A DNA stretch of 64,000 nt from Octopus sinensis (lineage: Eukaryota): NCBI RefSeq assembly GCF_006345805.1, contig NC_043025.1, positions 14,694,001 to 14,758,000 on the forward strand, given 5' to 3'. The translations under genes and the position numbers were made by a program. Numbering within the stretch: position 1 is the stretch's first letter; the number at the start of each line of letters is the position of its first letter. The notes beneath the pieces were generated by a model that did no database searches, was not told where the DNA came from, and saw only the letters and a list, made by a program, of their open reading frames with translations. Shown here one piece after another: positions 13,040-25,180 of this stretch.

Positions 13040-13399
13040 ATGTATGTTTGTATATGTATGTATATATGTATGTATGTATGTGTATATATATATATATGTA
13101 TATGTATATGTATGTATGTATGTATGTATATATGTATGTATATATATATGTATATATGTATATATATATGTATGTATATATATATGTATATATGTATGTA
13201 TATACATATGCATATAGATATTTATGTATGTATATATATATATATGTATATATTCTTTTTTTCTTTTATTCCTTTGTTGGTTTCAGTCATTTGGCTGCGG
13301 TCATGCTGGAGCACCGCCTTTAGTCGAAGAATTCGACCCCAAGACAGCCGTTTGGCTGCGGCCATTCGAGAATGTTTTGTCGAATGAATTGACCCCCAG

Positions 13400-13880
13400 A
13401 GATCAATCACAAAAAAAAATAAAGATGGCATGACAAGCCTTGACTATTGGGATCGACTCAAAAAGCTCAGGCTTTGCTTCCTCCAATGCTGCCGTGAGAG
13501 CTCGATCATCTGTATGATGTGGAAAATATTCCATCCACATTGCCAAATGATATAGGTATCATCCGAGGTTTGGGCCCTTTGCCATCCGTTCTCCCCAGAA
13601 GTCTTGTTCGTGTCGTATCACAACACTGGCCCTGCCCTTTTTAACATCGTGCCAGCCCACATAAAGGAGGAAAGTGATTTCACGGCATTCAAATGGTCCC
13701 TAGATGACCACCTCCAACAAATACCAGACAAACCACCCACACCCGGATATGTCTTTGAAAACAATAATACTCTGCTGGAATGGACTGTGGTGTCCAAGAA
13801 CTGACTGTGTGTCTCTTCCAGATGGCGCCATTAAATTAGACATGGCCTGGGCCACCTTGGCCGAAACCTATCAAAGTAAT
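13400..13880 (+). mobile_element. Degraded LINE (CR1/L2-group) ORF2 3' end
   Basis: GPALFNIVPAHIKEESDFTAFKWSLDDHLQQIPDKP resembles the C-terminus of CR1/L2/Crack-type ORF2; frameshifted. Confidence 0.6.
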
Positions 13881-14385
13881 CTAAGGATCCCCAGTATTAT
13901 TAATTTTTCTCTAAGCCTGGAACTTATTCTCTCGATATCTTTTTCCGGTAGGCGTAGGGGTGGCTGTGTGGTAAGTAGCTTGCTTGGTAAGAGGCCCCTC
14001 CCAGTGAAAGTGATGAAGAATATATGTCCTATCTCAGAGGAGGGGCTATTGACAGTTTTGTGGAGAATAATATGGATAGTCGGGTCCTGGGAAACCCGAC
14101 TTGTACTGACTGCCCAGAGTGGGCCCCCCCGCAGGTGGCTGTTCAGGTGCTGGGAAGAAAGTACTGTGGTTATTTAATTGAGTCGTATAAAAACGAGAAT
14201 TATAGAATTCTCTTTTGGAAACCCGGATTGCGGTTGCAGGAATGCTTGTAAGTCGCAAGAAAATTACTCGGGGAAGGATTGTAGAAGTTTATCGCCTCCA
14301 ATTTGTGTATAAATTGTGTTTTATAATTGTATGGACTTTTTTGTCCAAATATATTGTATTTTAAATTGTAAGAGGGTTAATACTT

Positions 14386-14785
14386 CTGTATGGGATGGAA
14401 GCACTCCGTCGGTTACGACGACGAGGGTTCCGGTTGATCCGAATCAACGGAACAGCCTGCTCGTGAAATTAACGTGTACGTGGCTGAGCACTCCACAGAC
14501 ACGTGCACCCTTAACGTAGTTCTCGGGGATATTCAACGTGACACAGAGAGAGTGACAAGGCCGGCCCTTTGAAATACAGGTACAGCAGAAACAGGAAGGA
14601 AGAGTGAGAGAAAGTTGTGGTGAAATAGTACAGCAGGGATCACCACCATCCCCTGTCGGAGCCTCGTGGAGCTTTTAGGTGTTTTCGCTCAATAAACACT
14701 CACAACGCCCGGTCTGGGAATCGAAACCGCGATCCTATGACCGCGAGTTCGCTGCCCTAACCACTGGGCCATTGTGCCTCCACAA
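14386..14785 (-). mobile_element. SINE family C-related (longer subfamily)
   Basis: tRNA-like head GTGGAGGCACAATGGCCCAGTGGTTAGGGC...; homologous to 38088-38475 on the + strand. Confidence 0.85.
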
Positions 14786-15477
14786 TACTTCTGAATATGA
14801 TGTTTGTAAAGAACAATGTTTTGGAGAAGCAGAGGGTCGGAGGGCGCTTTCTGTCGTCTCCCATCTTCATCATTTTTGTATCATAATCATTCGCCTCATC
14901 AATGTCTATGTCCAGCCCGCAAAGCTACCTTATCTATGTGCTGCCTACATGGCAAATTTAATGAATGCTTCCGGGTTCGGTCCCACTGACTGGCACCTTG
15001 GGCAAGTGTCTTCTACTATAGCCTTGGGCCGACCAAAGCCTTGTGAGTAGATTTGGTAGACGGAAACTGAAAGAAGCCCGTCGTATATATGTGTATATAG
15101 CGGTTCGGCAAAAGAGACCGATACAAATAAGTGCAAGGCTCACAAAGAATAAGTCCTGGGGTCGATTTGCTCGACTAAAGGCGATGCTACAGCATGGCCG
15201 CAGTCAAATGACTGAAACAAGTAAAAGAGTAAAAAAGAGAACTGTTAAGTTTGGTCGACGTAAACACACCAACACCGGTTGCCAAGAGGCGGTGGGGAAC
15301 AAACCACAGACACACACACACACGTCGATGTATACATTTATGCCACAGCTTCCTCTTCCTTCCCATCAGAATAGAATTTCTGCTGGTTTTCCATTCATTT
15401 TTTTCTGATTCAATTCACTCTCAAAGTGTGACGGCACGAATGACCAAATGTTAAGGATTTAAATACACCACGAGTGT

Positions 15478-15785
15478 TGCTTGTTTGTTCCTTCTCGAGC
15501 CATGCCTGGCTCATAAGGGCCGGTTTCCCGGTTTCCTTGGCGTATAGGTTCCCCACCTGGACAGGACGCCGGTCCGTCGCAGGTGAGCTGCAAGATGCAG
15601 GAGGAAAGAGTGAGAGAAAGTTGTGGTGAAAGAGTCAGCAGAAGTTTCGCCATTACTTTCTGCCGGAGCCGCGTGGAGCTTTGGTGTTTCGCTCATAAAC
15701 ACACACATCGCCCGGTCTGAGATTCGAACCCGCGATCCCTCGACCGCGAGTCTGCTGCTCTAACCACCAGGCCATGTGCCACCAC
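15478..15785 (-). mobile_element. SINE family C
   Basis: Close match to 5735-6048. Confidence 0.88.
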
Positions 15786-16264
15786 ATGATAGTATTTGAC
15801 CTGAGAACACGGTACAAGCTTTTGAGTGGAATTATCCAATTAGAAACTCTGTTTTTGTCCTTTCCATAATTTCGGCCATCTTTGGCCCCTTCTTCTATCA
15901 CGTGTCTTTCCCTCTATTCTTTCTATTCCCTCCTCTCTTCCTTTCTTTCCTTCTTTTCCAACTCATCCATTCTCCTTTCCTTTTTATCTCTCTTCCACTG
16001 ACCCTTTCCTTCCGTTCACCTTAGCCCCACAGGAGGGTACGAAATCCACCCCTTCACCCGGTCTGTGGAAAACGATTATCACTCCAAGGCTGCCTGTGTG
16101 CAGGATCAAAGCTGTCGCCTCTTCCCCAATCACTACTAGACTTGTTAAATCATCCAATTAAAACGGCATAATTAAGAAAAAGATTATTACATTTGCCTAC
16201 CAATTACATTAGATAATTGACCATCATTTAGGAGATATCCATGTTCAGATTATTAGCCTTAAGG

Positions 16265-16820
16265 AAGGTGGCAAGATGGCCGAAACGTTAACACACCGGG
16301 CGAAATGCTCAGCGGTATTTCGCCTGCCGTTACGTTCTGAGTTCAAATTCTGCCGAGGTCGACTTTGCCTTTCATCCTTTCGGGGTCGATTAAATTAAGT
16401 ACCAGTTACGCACTGGGGTCGATGTAATCGACCTAATACCTATGTCTGTCCATGTTTGTCCCTTCTATGTTTAGCCCCTTGTGAGTAATAAAGAAATAGG
16501 TATTTCGTCTGCCGTTACGTTCTGACTTCAAATTCCGCCGAGGTCGACTTTGCCTTTCATCCTTTCGGGGTCGATAAATTAAGTACCAGTTACGCACAGG
16601 GGTCGATGTAATCGACTTAATACCTATGTCTGTCCTTGTTTGTCCCCTCTGTGTTTAGCCCCTTGTGGGTAGTAAAGAAATAGGTATTTCGTCTGCCATT
16701 ACGTTCTGAGTTCAAATTCCGCCGAGGTCGACTTTGCCTTTCATCCTTTCGGGGTCGATTAAATTAAGTACCAGTTACGCACTGGGGTCGATATAATCGA
16801 CTTAATACCTATGTCTGCCG
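16265..16820 (+). mobile_element. SINE family B with a tandemly triplicated body
   Basis: GGTATTTCG...GAGTTCAAATTCCGCCGAGGTCGACTTTGCCTTTCATCCTTTCGGGGTCGAT... repeated three times at ~184 bp period after a single head. Confidence 0.88.
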
Positions 16821-18182
16821 TCTTCTTACACAATATATATCATTACGTTATGTATATCATTACAAGAACAATTACCACATAATTAATAAGATTCTATAAT
16901 GATATTACTACAATATAATAAAAAGGTTATATAATCGGGTATGGGATTTTGATGGTCGGGTATCTTAATTTTGATGCACGTGCGTGTGTGTGTGTGTGTG
17001 CGCGCTAGAGCGTATATATCTTGTGTGTGTGTGTCTGTGTATGTAGATATGTATGTATCTATATATTTTCATGTGTGTACATATGTATACCTAATGTATA
17101 AATCTATTTTATACGTATGTATAATGTATATATTTGTTACATATATGTAAAATAAGTTATGGATGTATATGTGCATATAAATTATATATTAGTGTATATA
17201 TACGTATGTGTGTATATATACGTGTGTGTATATATATATGTATGCATGTGTATATATATGTATGTGTGTATATATGTATATATATGTATGCATATATGTA
17301 TGTATATATATATATATATGTGTGTGCATCTATATATATATAATATTTATGTATGTATGTATATGTATGTATATATATATATGTATGTATATGTATGTAT
17401 ATATATATGTATGTATATGTATATATATATATATGTATGTATGTATATGTATATATATATGCATGTATATATACATATATATATATGTATGTGTATATAT
17501 ATGTACGTATGTGTGTATATATATGTATGCATGTGCTATATATGTATGTGTGTATATATGTATATTATGTATGCATATATATATGTGTGTGTGCATGATA
17601 TATATATATATATTATATATATATATATTATATTATATATATTTATGTATATGTATGTATATATATTATGTATGATATATATGTGTATGTATATTGATCA
17701 AAATAAAAACATGATGCGAAGGATTCAGCGGTACATATGTTCGGGCCTTATTAGACAGATTTTAACAATGCAATAATGTATGTCTGTGGCCTTCTTCAGC
17801 CGACGCACAACAGCTTCCACAAGGACATGTGTTACATCAAAAAATTCCTTGGTTGGGGATGCCAAATCCTCTCATTCGCGTACGGACATAATGCGGCAGC
17901 AGCATAGAATTGAAGCGCCATCTCTTTCTTCTCTCAATGTAGAAATGTATAATATATATATATATATATATATGCATGTATAGATACATATATATATGCA
18001 TGTGGTATATACACAATATTATATACTATGCATGTGTATATACACACATATATATATGCATGTATATATACATATATATGTATATATATTTATACATGCA
18101 TGTATATATACATATATATGTATATATATTTATACATATATGTATATATATATTTATATATGTATGTATATATATATATTTA

Positions 18183-18220
<38 letters not shown>

Positions 18221-18686
18221 GTGTGTGTGTGTGTGTGTGTGTAGGACTGAGTCCAGAGCCATGTGCTTCGTAAGGAAGCTACTTACCACACACGTATATA
18301 TAAAGCACGTTACCCAAGCACCGTCCATTATGTCGTGGCCCCAAATAGTTCCAGAGTTTTTTTATGAACAGCAATAAATTTATTGAGCACTTCCTGTAAT
18401 TACTTCCTTTGGACTAATTATGACGGATCCTGCCCTGTAAGTATGTCTCTTGTTCCACACACACACACGCACACGTATATATATATATATATACATATAT
18501 GTGTGTGTGTGTGTGTGTAGGTACATACATTCACGCGCGTGTATATTATATACCCTTACAAGCAGTCACTCAGACGTTTCTATATGTTTGTAGATGCGTA
18601 CTTATGCGTATAAATAAATACCTGTGTGAATGTATACACACATGCACACCTGTACACACTGTTCTATGAACATAGTGCTCTCATAC

Positions 18687-18723
<37 letters not shown>

Positions 18724-18729
18724 CATAAT

Positions 18730-18791
<62 letters not shown>

Positions 18792-19105
18792 CAGTATATA
18801 TATATATATATTATCCGTATTTCAGGTATCAGTGTGTTTGTGTATATATGAACAAGCGTGCAACAGGTAGACACATGCACGCGCGCACACATAACAGGTG
18901 GAAAGAGAAAAAATGAAAGAGGCGACGCTAGATCGATAGAGAGAGAGGGGGGAGGATAGAGTGAGAGAGAGAGAGAGGGTAGAGTGAGAAGAAGAGAGAG
19001 GGTACAGTGAGAGAGAGAGAGGGTACAGTGAGAGAGAGGGGGGTATAGGCAGGGCGGAGGTGTAGTGACATGGCGGCTGCAAGAGTATGATTGGTGTTAG
19101 ACAAT

Positions 19106-19119
19106 AGCGCCATCTGTTG
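19106..19119 (-). promoter_or_regulatory. CTCF-like motif in a unique island upstream of Irx
   Basis: CAACAGATGGCGCT matches the YAGRKGGCGC core; an ATTGG/CCAAT box and a GA-rich tract are adjacent. Motif match only. Confidence 0.3.
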
Positions 19120-19407
19120 TGTGATTTGTAATGGACACTTTCATGTGATATCAGAGAGAGACGGGAAAAGTGAGAGAGATATTACATTACATTAGATTAT
19201 ATACACCCACCCACCCATCCACCCAACACACACGCACGCATATATATATATATATATATATACGGTTCTATACACCCATACGTACACACACCATTTAGAT
19301 TAATTACATAGGTGTATGCGTATGTGTGTATATAAGCGTATACAGTTGAGTTGGCGCTTTCCTTTAACGCTTTCGACTTCGAAGGTATGTGTGTATATAT
19401 ATGTGAA

Positions 19408-19801
19408 CTAACAGTATCGCCCGGCGTAGCTCGGGTTTGTTTCGACCCTTTAGAATTGGAGTTTTTGAAAAGTAAAAATTTTGCATTCTGTAGCTTGTTA
19501 TTATCTTTAAGTGAACATTTTCTGGTTGAAATACACCGAAAAATGGCGACACAGCAGTGAAAAAATCGTAAAAAATAGGGATTTTCATAGAAGAAAAGCA
19601 CCTTTTTTATGTAAATAATTTTTAGTGTTAACATTGTCCGATTTGAATTTTTTCTTCTAAGGAAGGAAGAGCAAGCCTTCTATCATACTCTCAATTTTGG
19701 TCAACTTGTGCCGCAGGGTCCCGGAGGAGATAGTGTTAGTTGAAGGCTACCAAACCTGCCACACACACACACTGAGAACCTCAGCTTTATATATAGAGAG
19801 A
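19408..19801 (-). mobile_element. Non-autonomous Helitron, subfamily 2
   Basis: On the minus strand: 5' TC, subterminal hairpin CCCGAGC..CGCCGGG, 3' TTAG variant of CTAG, inserted between A and T. Homologous to 47717-48109. Confidence 0.75.
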
Positions 19802-21289
19802 TTAAATATATATACATATGAATACACAGAAATGCTTGTATGTATGTATGCATGTATGTATGTATGTATGTATGTGTGTGTGTGTGTTCTGTTTCTTTTT
19901 TTAATTAGAGTAAGTTTTGGTCGGTCACCTACTTGGTAGCAAGGTTGTGAAGGGACCACCGTCCTTTAAATCTTTAAGAAGGTCCTCCAGATATTCATAG
20001 CCCCAGATATCGTGATCCCTTGTAGCACATGAATTAAGGAGATGTGTTCTTTCCCCCAAGATCCCAAGTCTGCTTATACTTTGCACCACACGAGATATCT
20101 GTGTGTATGAATGATTGTGTGTGTGAGTGTGTGTTTTCTCTCTCTCTCTCTCTTTTCTTTTTTTATTCAATTCAGAATAGATTTTGACCGGCCACCTTCT
20201 TGGTAGCTCGGCGGTGAAAGAAAGCATCGTGTTTTGTTCATCTTCCTTTGAACCTTAAGATTTTTATAGTCCCAGATATCGTCCTGATTTGTCACGTATG
20301 AATTAAGTATTTGCGTCCTCTCCCAGAAAACACAAGTTCAGCCATGTTTTGCTCCAGACAGGTTGCGTGTAGTTGTTGTTGTTGTTGTTAAGCAACAAGA
20401 CGGGTAAGGGTGATTAGGTGACGGCCTAGGGCTTAGGGACGGGAGACCCCAGACCTTGGAAAAAAAAAACTGTGGTCGTCTTGTTGTAGTCGACGCCCAA
20501 CACCACTGAGAGGTGGCCCTCGAAGTCGCTGGAAATGGAGATCTCCAGGTCCAAATTCTTGAACGGCAGGTTGCGTGTATGTATGTGTGTGTGAATGTAT
20601 GTATGTATGTATGTATGTATGTATATATGTATGTAGGTCAAGCCGGTCTTGGGCGCTACGGGTAACATGTAACCCAGTACAACCTGTTGCACGGCCAGGT
20701 CGTTGTTGGACACCCTACAGGAAGAAAAATAAGACCTGTCAAAGGGCAGAACAGCTCATGAGCAGTCAACAGACACCTAACAATATGCGTATAAGTGTAT
20801 GTATGCACAGGAACATGGAAATACCTGGGTTGGTGTCCAGGCTCACCGTTGGCCCACCCGGAGTGAAAAGCCTCACTGTTGTTACAACATCTCTCTAGCA
20901 GAGGGAAACCCTGAGAGATAGCCTGCGACGCCGACTATATTCGATGTTGTAGACTGGCTTTTCTTTTCGAGTTTACTCTTTTACTGGTTTCGGTAATTTC
21001 ACTGTGGCCATGCTGGAGCACCGCCTTTAGTCGAGCAAATCGACCCCAGGACTTATTCTTTGGAAGCCTAGTACTTATTCTATCAGCGTCTTTTGCCGAT
21101 CCGCTAAGTTACGGGGACGTGAACACACCAGCATCGGTTGTCAGGTGATGTTGGGGGGACAGACACACAAACATACACACACACACATATATATACATGT
21201 ATGAGTATGTATAGCTATCTTAGCAACCATGCATTTTCCATATATATATACATACACACACACCGTTCCCTATACAACATATATATGTA

Positions 21290-21346
<57 letters not shown>

Positions 21347-21637
21347 CACACATGCACACAGTTATATCTTTACACTGTCCCCTATATGTATATACACATA
21401 CACACACCTCACAACTCACAAATATGCCTCTACGTAAACTCCAAATTCTTTGAATTCCTTTCCCTATCCTTTTTCTAAAACTAACCCTTAAAAACAGGGG
21501 ATATTAGCGACGTCAATCAAAATATTCCTCCCAATTGTTTATTGACAAAAAAATTAATAATTCCATGGAATATATTTATATACATACATACGATGCTACA
21601 TACAAACAATATTATTCATGTAAGATATCAACACAGA

Positions 21638-21672
<35 letters not shown>

Positions 21673-21903
21673 TGTATGTATGTATGTATGTATGTATGTA
21701 TGTATATATATATATATATACACACACACATATAGTTTTTAATAATATATTATTATTATTAGTATCAGGAAATTAAAAAAATACATGTATATATCGCTCG
21801 TGTTAAATATATAAATACTTTAATAGTATTAATATTTTTATACAATGGAGCACTCAATATAAATTCAGTACATAATATTTTTATTGAATATATTTACCTA
21901 AAG

Positions 21904-21957
<54 letters not shown>

Positions 21958-22126
21958 CTCGTGTGCGTATAATATTTTTGGAGTTTGTGTGTGAATTTCT
22001 GTTTAGTTCTTACACTGGGTGATACACACACACACACACACGCGCTATGTTTATATACGACAATATATGTACACACACATATATATGTATGTACAGATAT
22101 ACAGACACATATGTACGTATATACAT

Positions 22127-22165
<39 letters not shown>

Positions 22166-22459
22166 GATATATATATTATATATATATATATATGTGCATA
22201 GAGCAAATAAGAAAATGGAGGAGAACAATAGGTGGTTCATCAACTTGGGACATTAAAAATGTTAATTATTTATTTATTAAACTGATAATTGTAATAACGT
22301 ACATACATATAGCATATTATTCTTTACATATAAGATAATGATACCAGTAATTATTAAAAAAAATATGAATATAAATTGGTAAAATAACTTACAGCCGTTT
22401 CAGCCTATAGATAAAAGTACCTCATTCTGCCTATATTACGGAAGTAGATTGAGGCAACA

Positions 22460-22495
<36 letters not shown>

Positions 22496-22816
22496 CAGAC
22501 ACTAGCACGCGCACACATACATATACTCACACACACACATATATATACACACATGCACAGAGACAGATACATATGTCCGTGTATATATATATGTATATAT
22601 ATATATATATATATGTATGTATACATATATATATATATATATATGTATGTATATGTGTGTGTATGTATATACAGATACATAATGCATATGTACGTGTGTG
22701 TATATATATATAGATAGATAACGAAAACAGTGAAAATATGACAAGAAAAACACAACAATGCGAGGACGTGTTACATGCAAAGTATTAAGAAGACGCTCAG
22801 CGAAGGAAAGAAAGGG

Positions 22817-22854
22817 TGTTTTACGTTTCGAGCCAAGGCTCTTCTTCAGAAACA
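22817..22854 (-). ncRNA. Minimal type I hammerhead ribozyme motif with canonical core
   Basis: TGTTT-CTGAAGA-A-GAGC cttg GCTC-GAAA-CG-TA-AAACA. Perfect 5-bp stem I, CUGANGA and GAAA core, palindromic ACGU stem III, UA cleavage site. Confidence 0.75.
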
Positions 22855-22922
22855 GGAGACAGAGGAATATCCAAGAGAAAAGGAAATAAGGGGAAAGAAA
22901 TCGCCAACAGTCGACGTGTAGT

Positions 22923-22959
<37 letters not shown>

Positions 22960-23137
22960 CAGACTTCTTTCAATGTCCGTCTGGCAGATCAACTCACAAG
23001 GCTTTTTTCGGCGGCCCGAGCCTATAGTAGAAGTCACTCGCCCAAGGTGCAACGCAGTGGGGGACTGAACCCGGAACCATGTGGTTGGCAAGCAAGCTTC
23101 TTACCACATAGCCACTCCTATACATTAATGTAAAAGT

Positions 23138-23237
23138 NNNNNNNNNNNNNNNNNNNNNNNNNNNNNNNNNNNNNNNNNNNNNNNNNNNNNNNNNNNNNNN
23201 NNNNNNNNNNNNNNNNNNNNNNNNNNNNNNNNNNNNN
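23138..23237. other. Assembly gap (100 N)
   Basis: Run of N; the true size and the contiguity across it are unknown. Confidence 0.99.
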
Positions 23238-23357
23238 TCCACCAAACAACCTCTTTTGTCACAGCCACCAGGCAAAGGAAAACTGGTTTGCCTGGCCGAG
23301 GCGGTAGGGCGATTATCACTACAGACTCAGTTAACAGATGGATCCGTCCCCCACGTG

Positions 23358-23718
23358 ACAGCAACTTTTCGACATGACCCCACAAGTCAGCAAAAGACAC
23401 TGAAGGAGGGCTTGCAGAATGGTTCTGCTAATCTGTGTGCACCTTGGACAAACTTGTCTGAGAGCACATCCGTGCCTGTAGAGTTTATCTTGAACTGGTA
23501 GCACTGCCAGCCAAGGACAATTGGAAATTATCCAGAGGTCCTTGGCCTTGGCATTGCTACTGGGTGGTGGTGGTGGTGGTGGGGCTCTGCTGGTTCGAGA
23601 TAAACTCTACTGGCACAGATGTGCTGCCAAATGGTCTTGTCCAAGGTGCAGTGTTCTGCATGCTCTCATTTAGTGTCCAGGCATAGCTGACTTGTGGGGT
23701 GATGTTGAACAGCTGCTA
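23358..23718. repeat. Diverged fold-back inverted repeat
   Basis: Matched inverted pairs: CCCCACAAGTCAGC/GCTGACTTGTGGGG, TGCACCTTGGACAA/TTGTCCAAGGTGCA, GTAGAGTTTATCT/AGATAAACTCTAC. Confidence 0.8.
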
Positions 23719-23749
23719 AGAGGAAAGTGTTTCTCATATAGTAAGTGGA

Positions 23750-24044
23750 CTAGCAGTATCGCCCGGCGTTGCTCGGGTTTGTAAGGGAAATAACTATATA
23801 AGCATTTTTAGAGAGTTACTTCCCTTATATAAACCGAGCAAAAAATCATTAAAAATGTGGAAAAATGATGGTTAAATTTTTTTTAAATCGTAGACGCGCG
23901 CTAATACCCAGAAGGGCTCGATATGAATCACGACTATAAGATACCCGCTTTTGGTTAAACTGCACCGCAAAATGTGGGAGTAGTTAGGAATCTAAATCGG
24001 AGGAGACAGACACACACACACACAACTTTAGTTTTATATATAGA
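23750..24044 (-). mobile_element. Non-autonomous Helitron, subfamily 1
   Basis: 5' TC, hairpin, 3' CTAG; inserted precisely in the A|T of GGA|TGT of the R4/Dong frame with no TSD. Confidence 0.88.
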
Positions 24045-24186
24045 TGTAGCATGCTGGCACAGAAAGAATAGAAGACAAGACATGACAACCCCCAGACAGT
24101 AATCCACTGGAAGCTTTGTAGAAAGCTAGGATTTGAAAATACTGATAAACGGTATGAACAGGAATCTAGTAAAGTGCTAGAAAGTA

Positions 24187-24452
24187 CATTAAGTATATTA
24201 TAGGTACATGAAGGTGGTGAGCTGGCAGAGTGGTTAGCATACCGGGCGAAATGCATAGCCGTGTTTCGTCTATCGTTGTGTTGTGAGTTCAAATTCCGCC
24301 GAGGTCGACTTTGCCTTTCATCCTTTCGGGGTCGATAAATTAAGTACCAGTTGTGCACTGGGGTCGATGTAATCGACTTAATCCGTTTGTCTGTCCTTGT
24401 TTGTCCCCTCTATGTTTAGCCCCTTGTGGGTAGTAAAGAATTTTTTTTTTAA
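24187..24452 (+). mobile_element. SINE family B with a 16-bp target-site duplication
   Basis: Flanked by AAAGTGCTAGAAAGTA at 24171-24186 and 24453-24468. Confidence 0.85.
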
Positions 24453-24892
24453 AAAGTGCTAGAAAGTAAGGAATATAAGATGTTGTGGGACTTTAACATT
24501 CAGACTGACAGAGAAATAGAAACTAGAAGGCCTGGTTTGGTTGTAGTAGATAAAGAGAATAGAAAGTGCCAGGTAATTGACTTTCCAGTGCCAAATGATG
24601 AGAAGTATAGAAAAATAGCCAAGTACCAGGACCTAGCCATTGAATTACAGAGACCAGGGAAAGTGTGGGGTAAAATGTATCCCAGTAGATATAGGTGCAT
24701 TGGGAACTATCCCTAAAGATCTGAACAGATGGATAGAGGAAATGGGCATAAAGCACCGTTTAGTACAGCTCCAGAAAATAGTGTGGTTAGGGAGAGCTAG
24801 GATACTTAGGAAGGTTCTTGGCATTTAAGGTTACTCATTGTAGACCCATGTTAGGAATTTTTCTTTTTCAACAGTCTGATCTGTTGTGTGCA

Positions 24893-25180
24893 TAATAATA
24901 ATAATAATAGTAATAATAGTAGTAGTAGTAGTATAGTAATAATAATAATGTAGTAATAATAATAGTAGTAGTAGTAATAATAATAATAATGTAGTAATAA
25001 TAATAATAGTAGTAGTAATAATAATAATAATGTAGTAATAATAATAGTAGTAGTAATAATAATAATAATGTAGTAATAATAATAATAGTAATAATGATAA
25101 TGATAATAATAATAAATAATAATAATAGTAATGATAATAATAGTAATAATAATAATGATGATGATAATAATAATAATAAT
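24893..25180 (+). repeat. (TAA/TAG/TGA)n microsatellite
   Basis: Trinucleotide array directly after the R4/Dong 3' end. Confidence 0.95.

Larger units (their letters stand above)
23716..24892 (+). mobile_element. R4/Dong-type RLE non-LTR retrotransposon 3' fragment, interrupted by a Helitron and a SINE
   Basis: Reconstructed EESVSHIVSG|CSMLAQKE*KTRHDN..IHWKLC..LWDFNIQTDREIETRRPGLVVVDK..VIDF..EK..KYQDL (CCHC-end plus restriction-like endonuclease), followed by a (TAA)n tract. Confidence 0.8.

Noticed and set aside
18928-19113. 61-aa ORF as the Irx first coding exon
   Set aside because: It runs into a CT microsatellite and a stop with no phase-0 donor and does not resemble Irx N-termini; kept only as a regulatory candidate.
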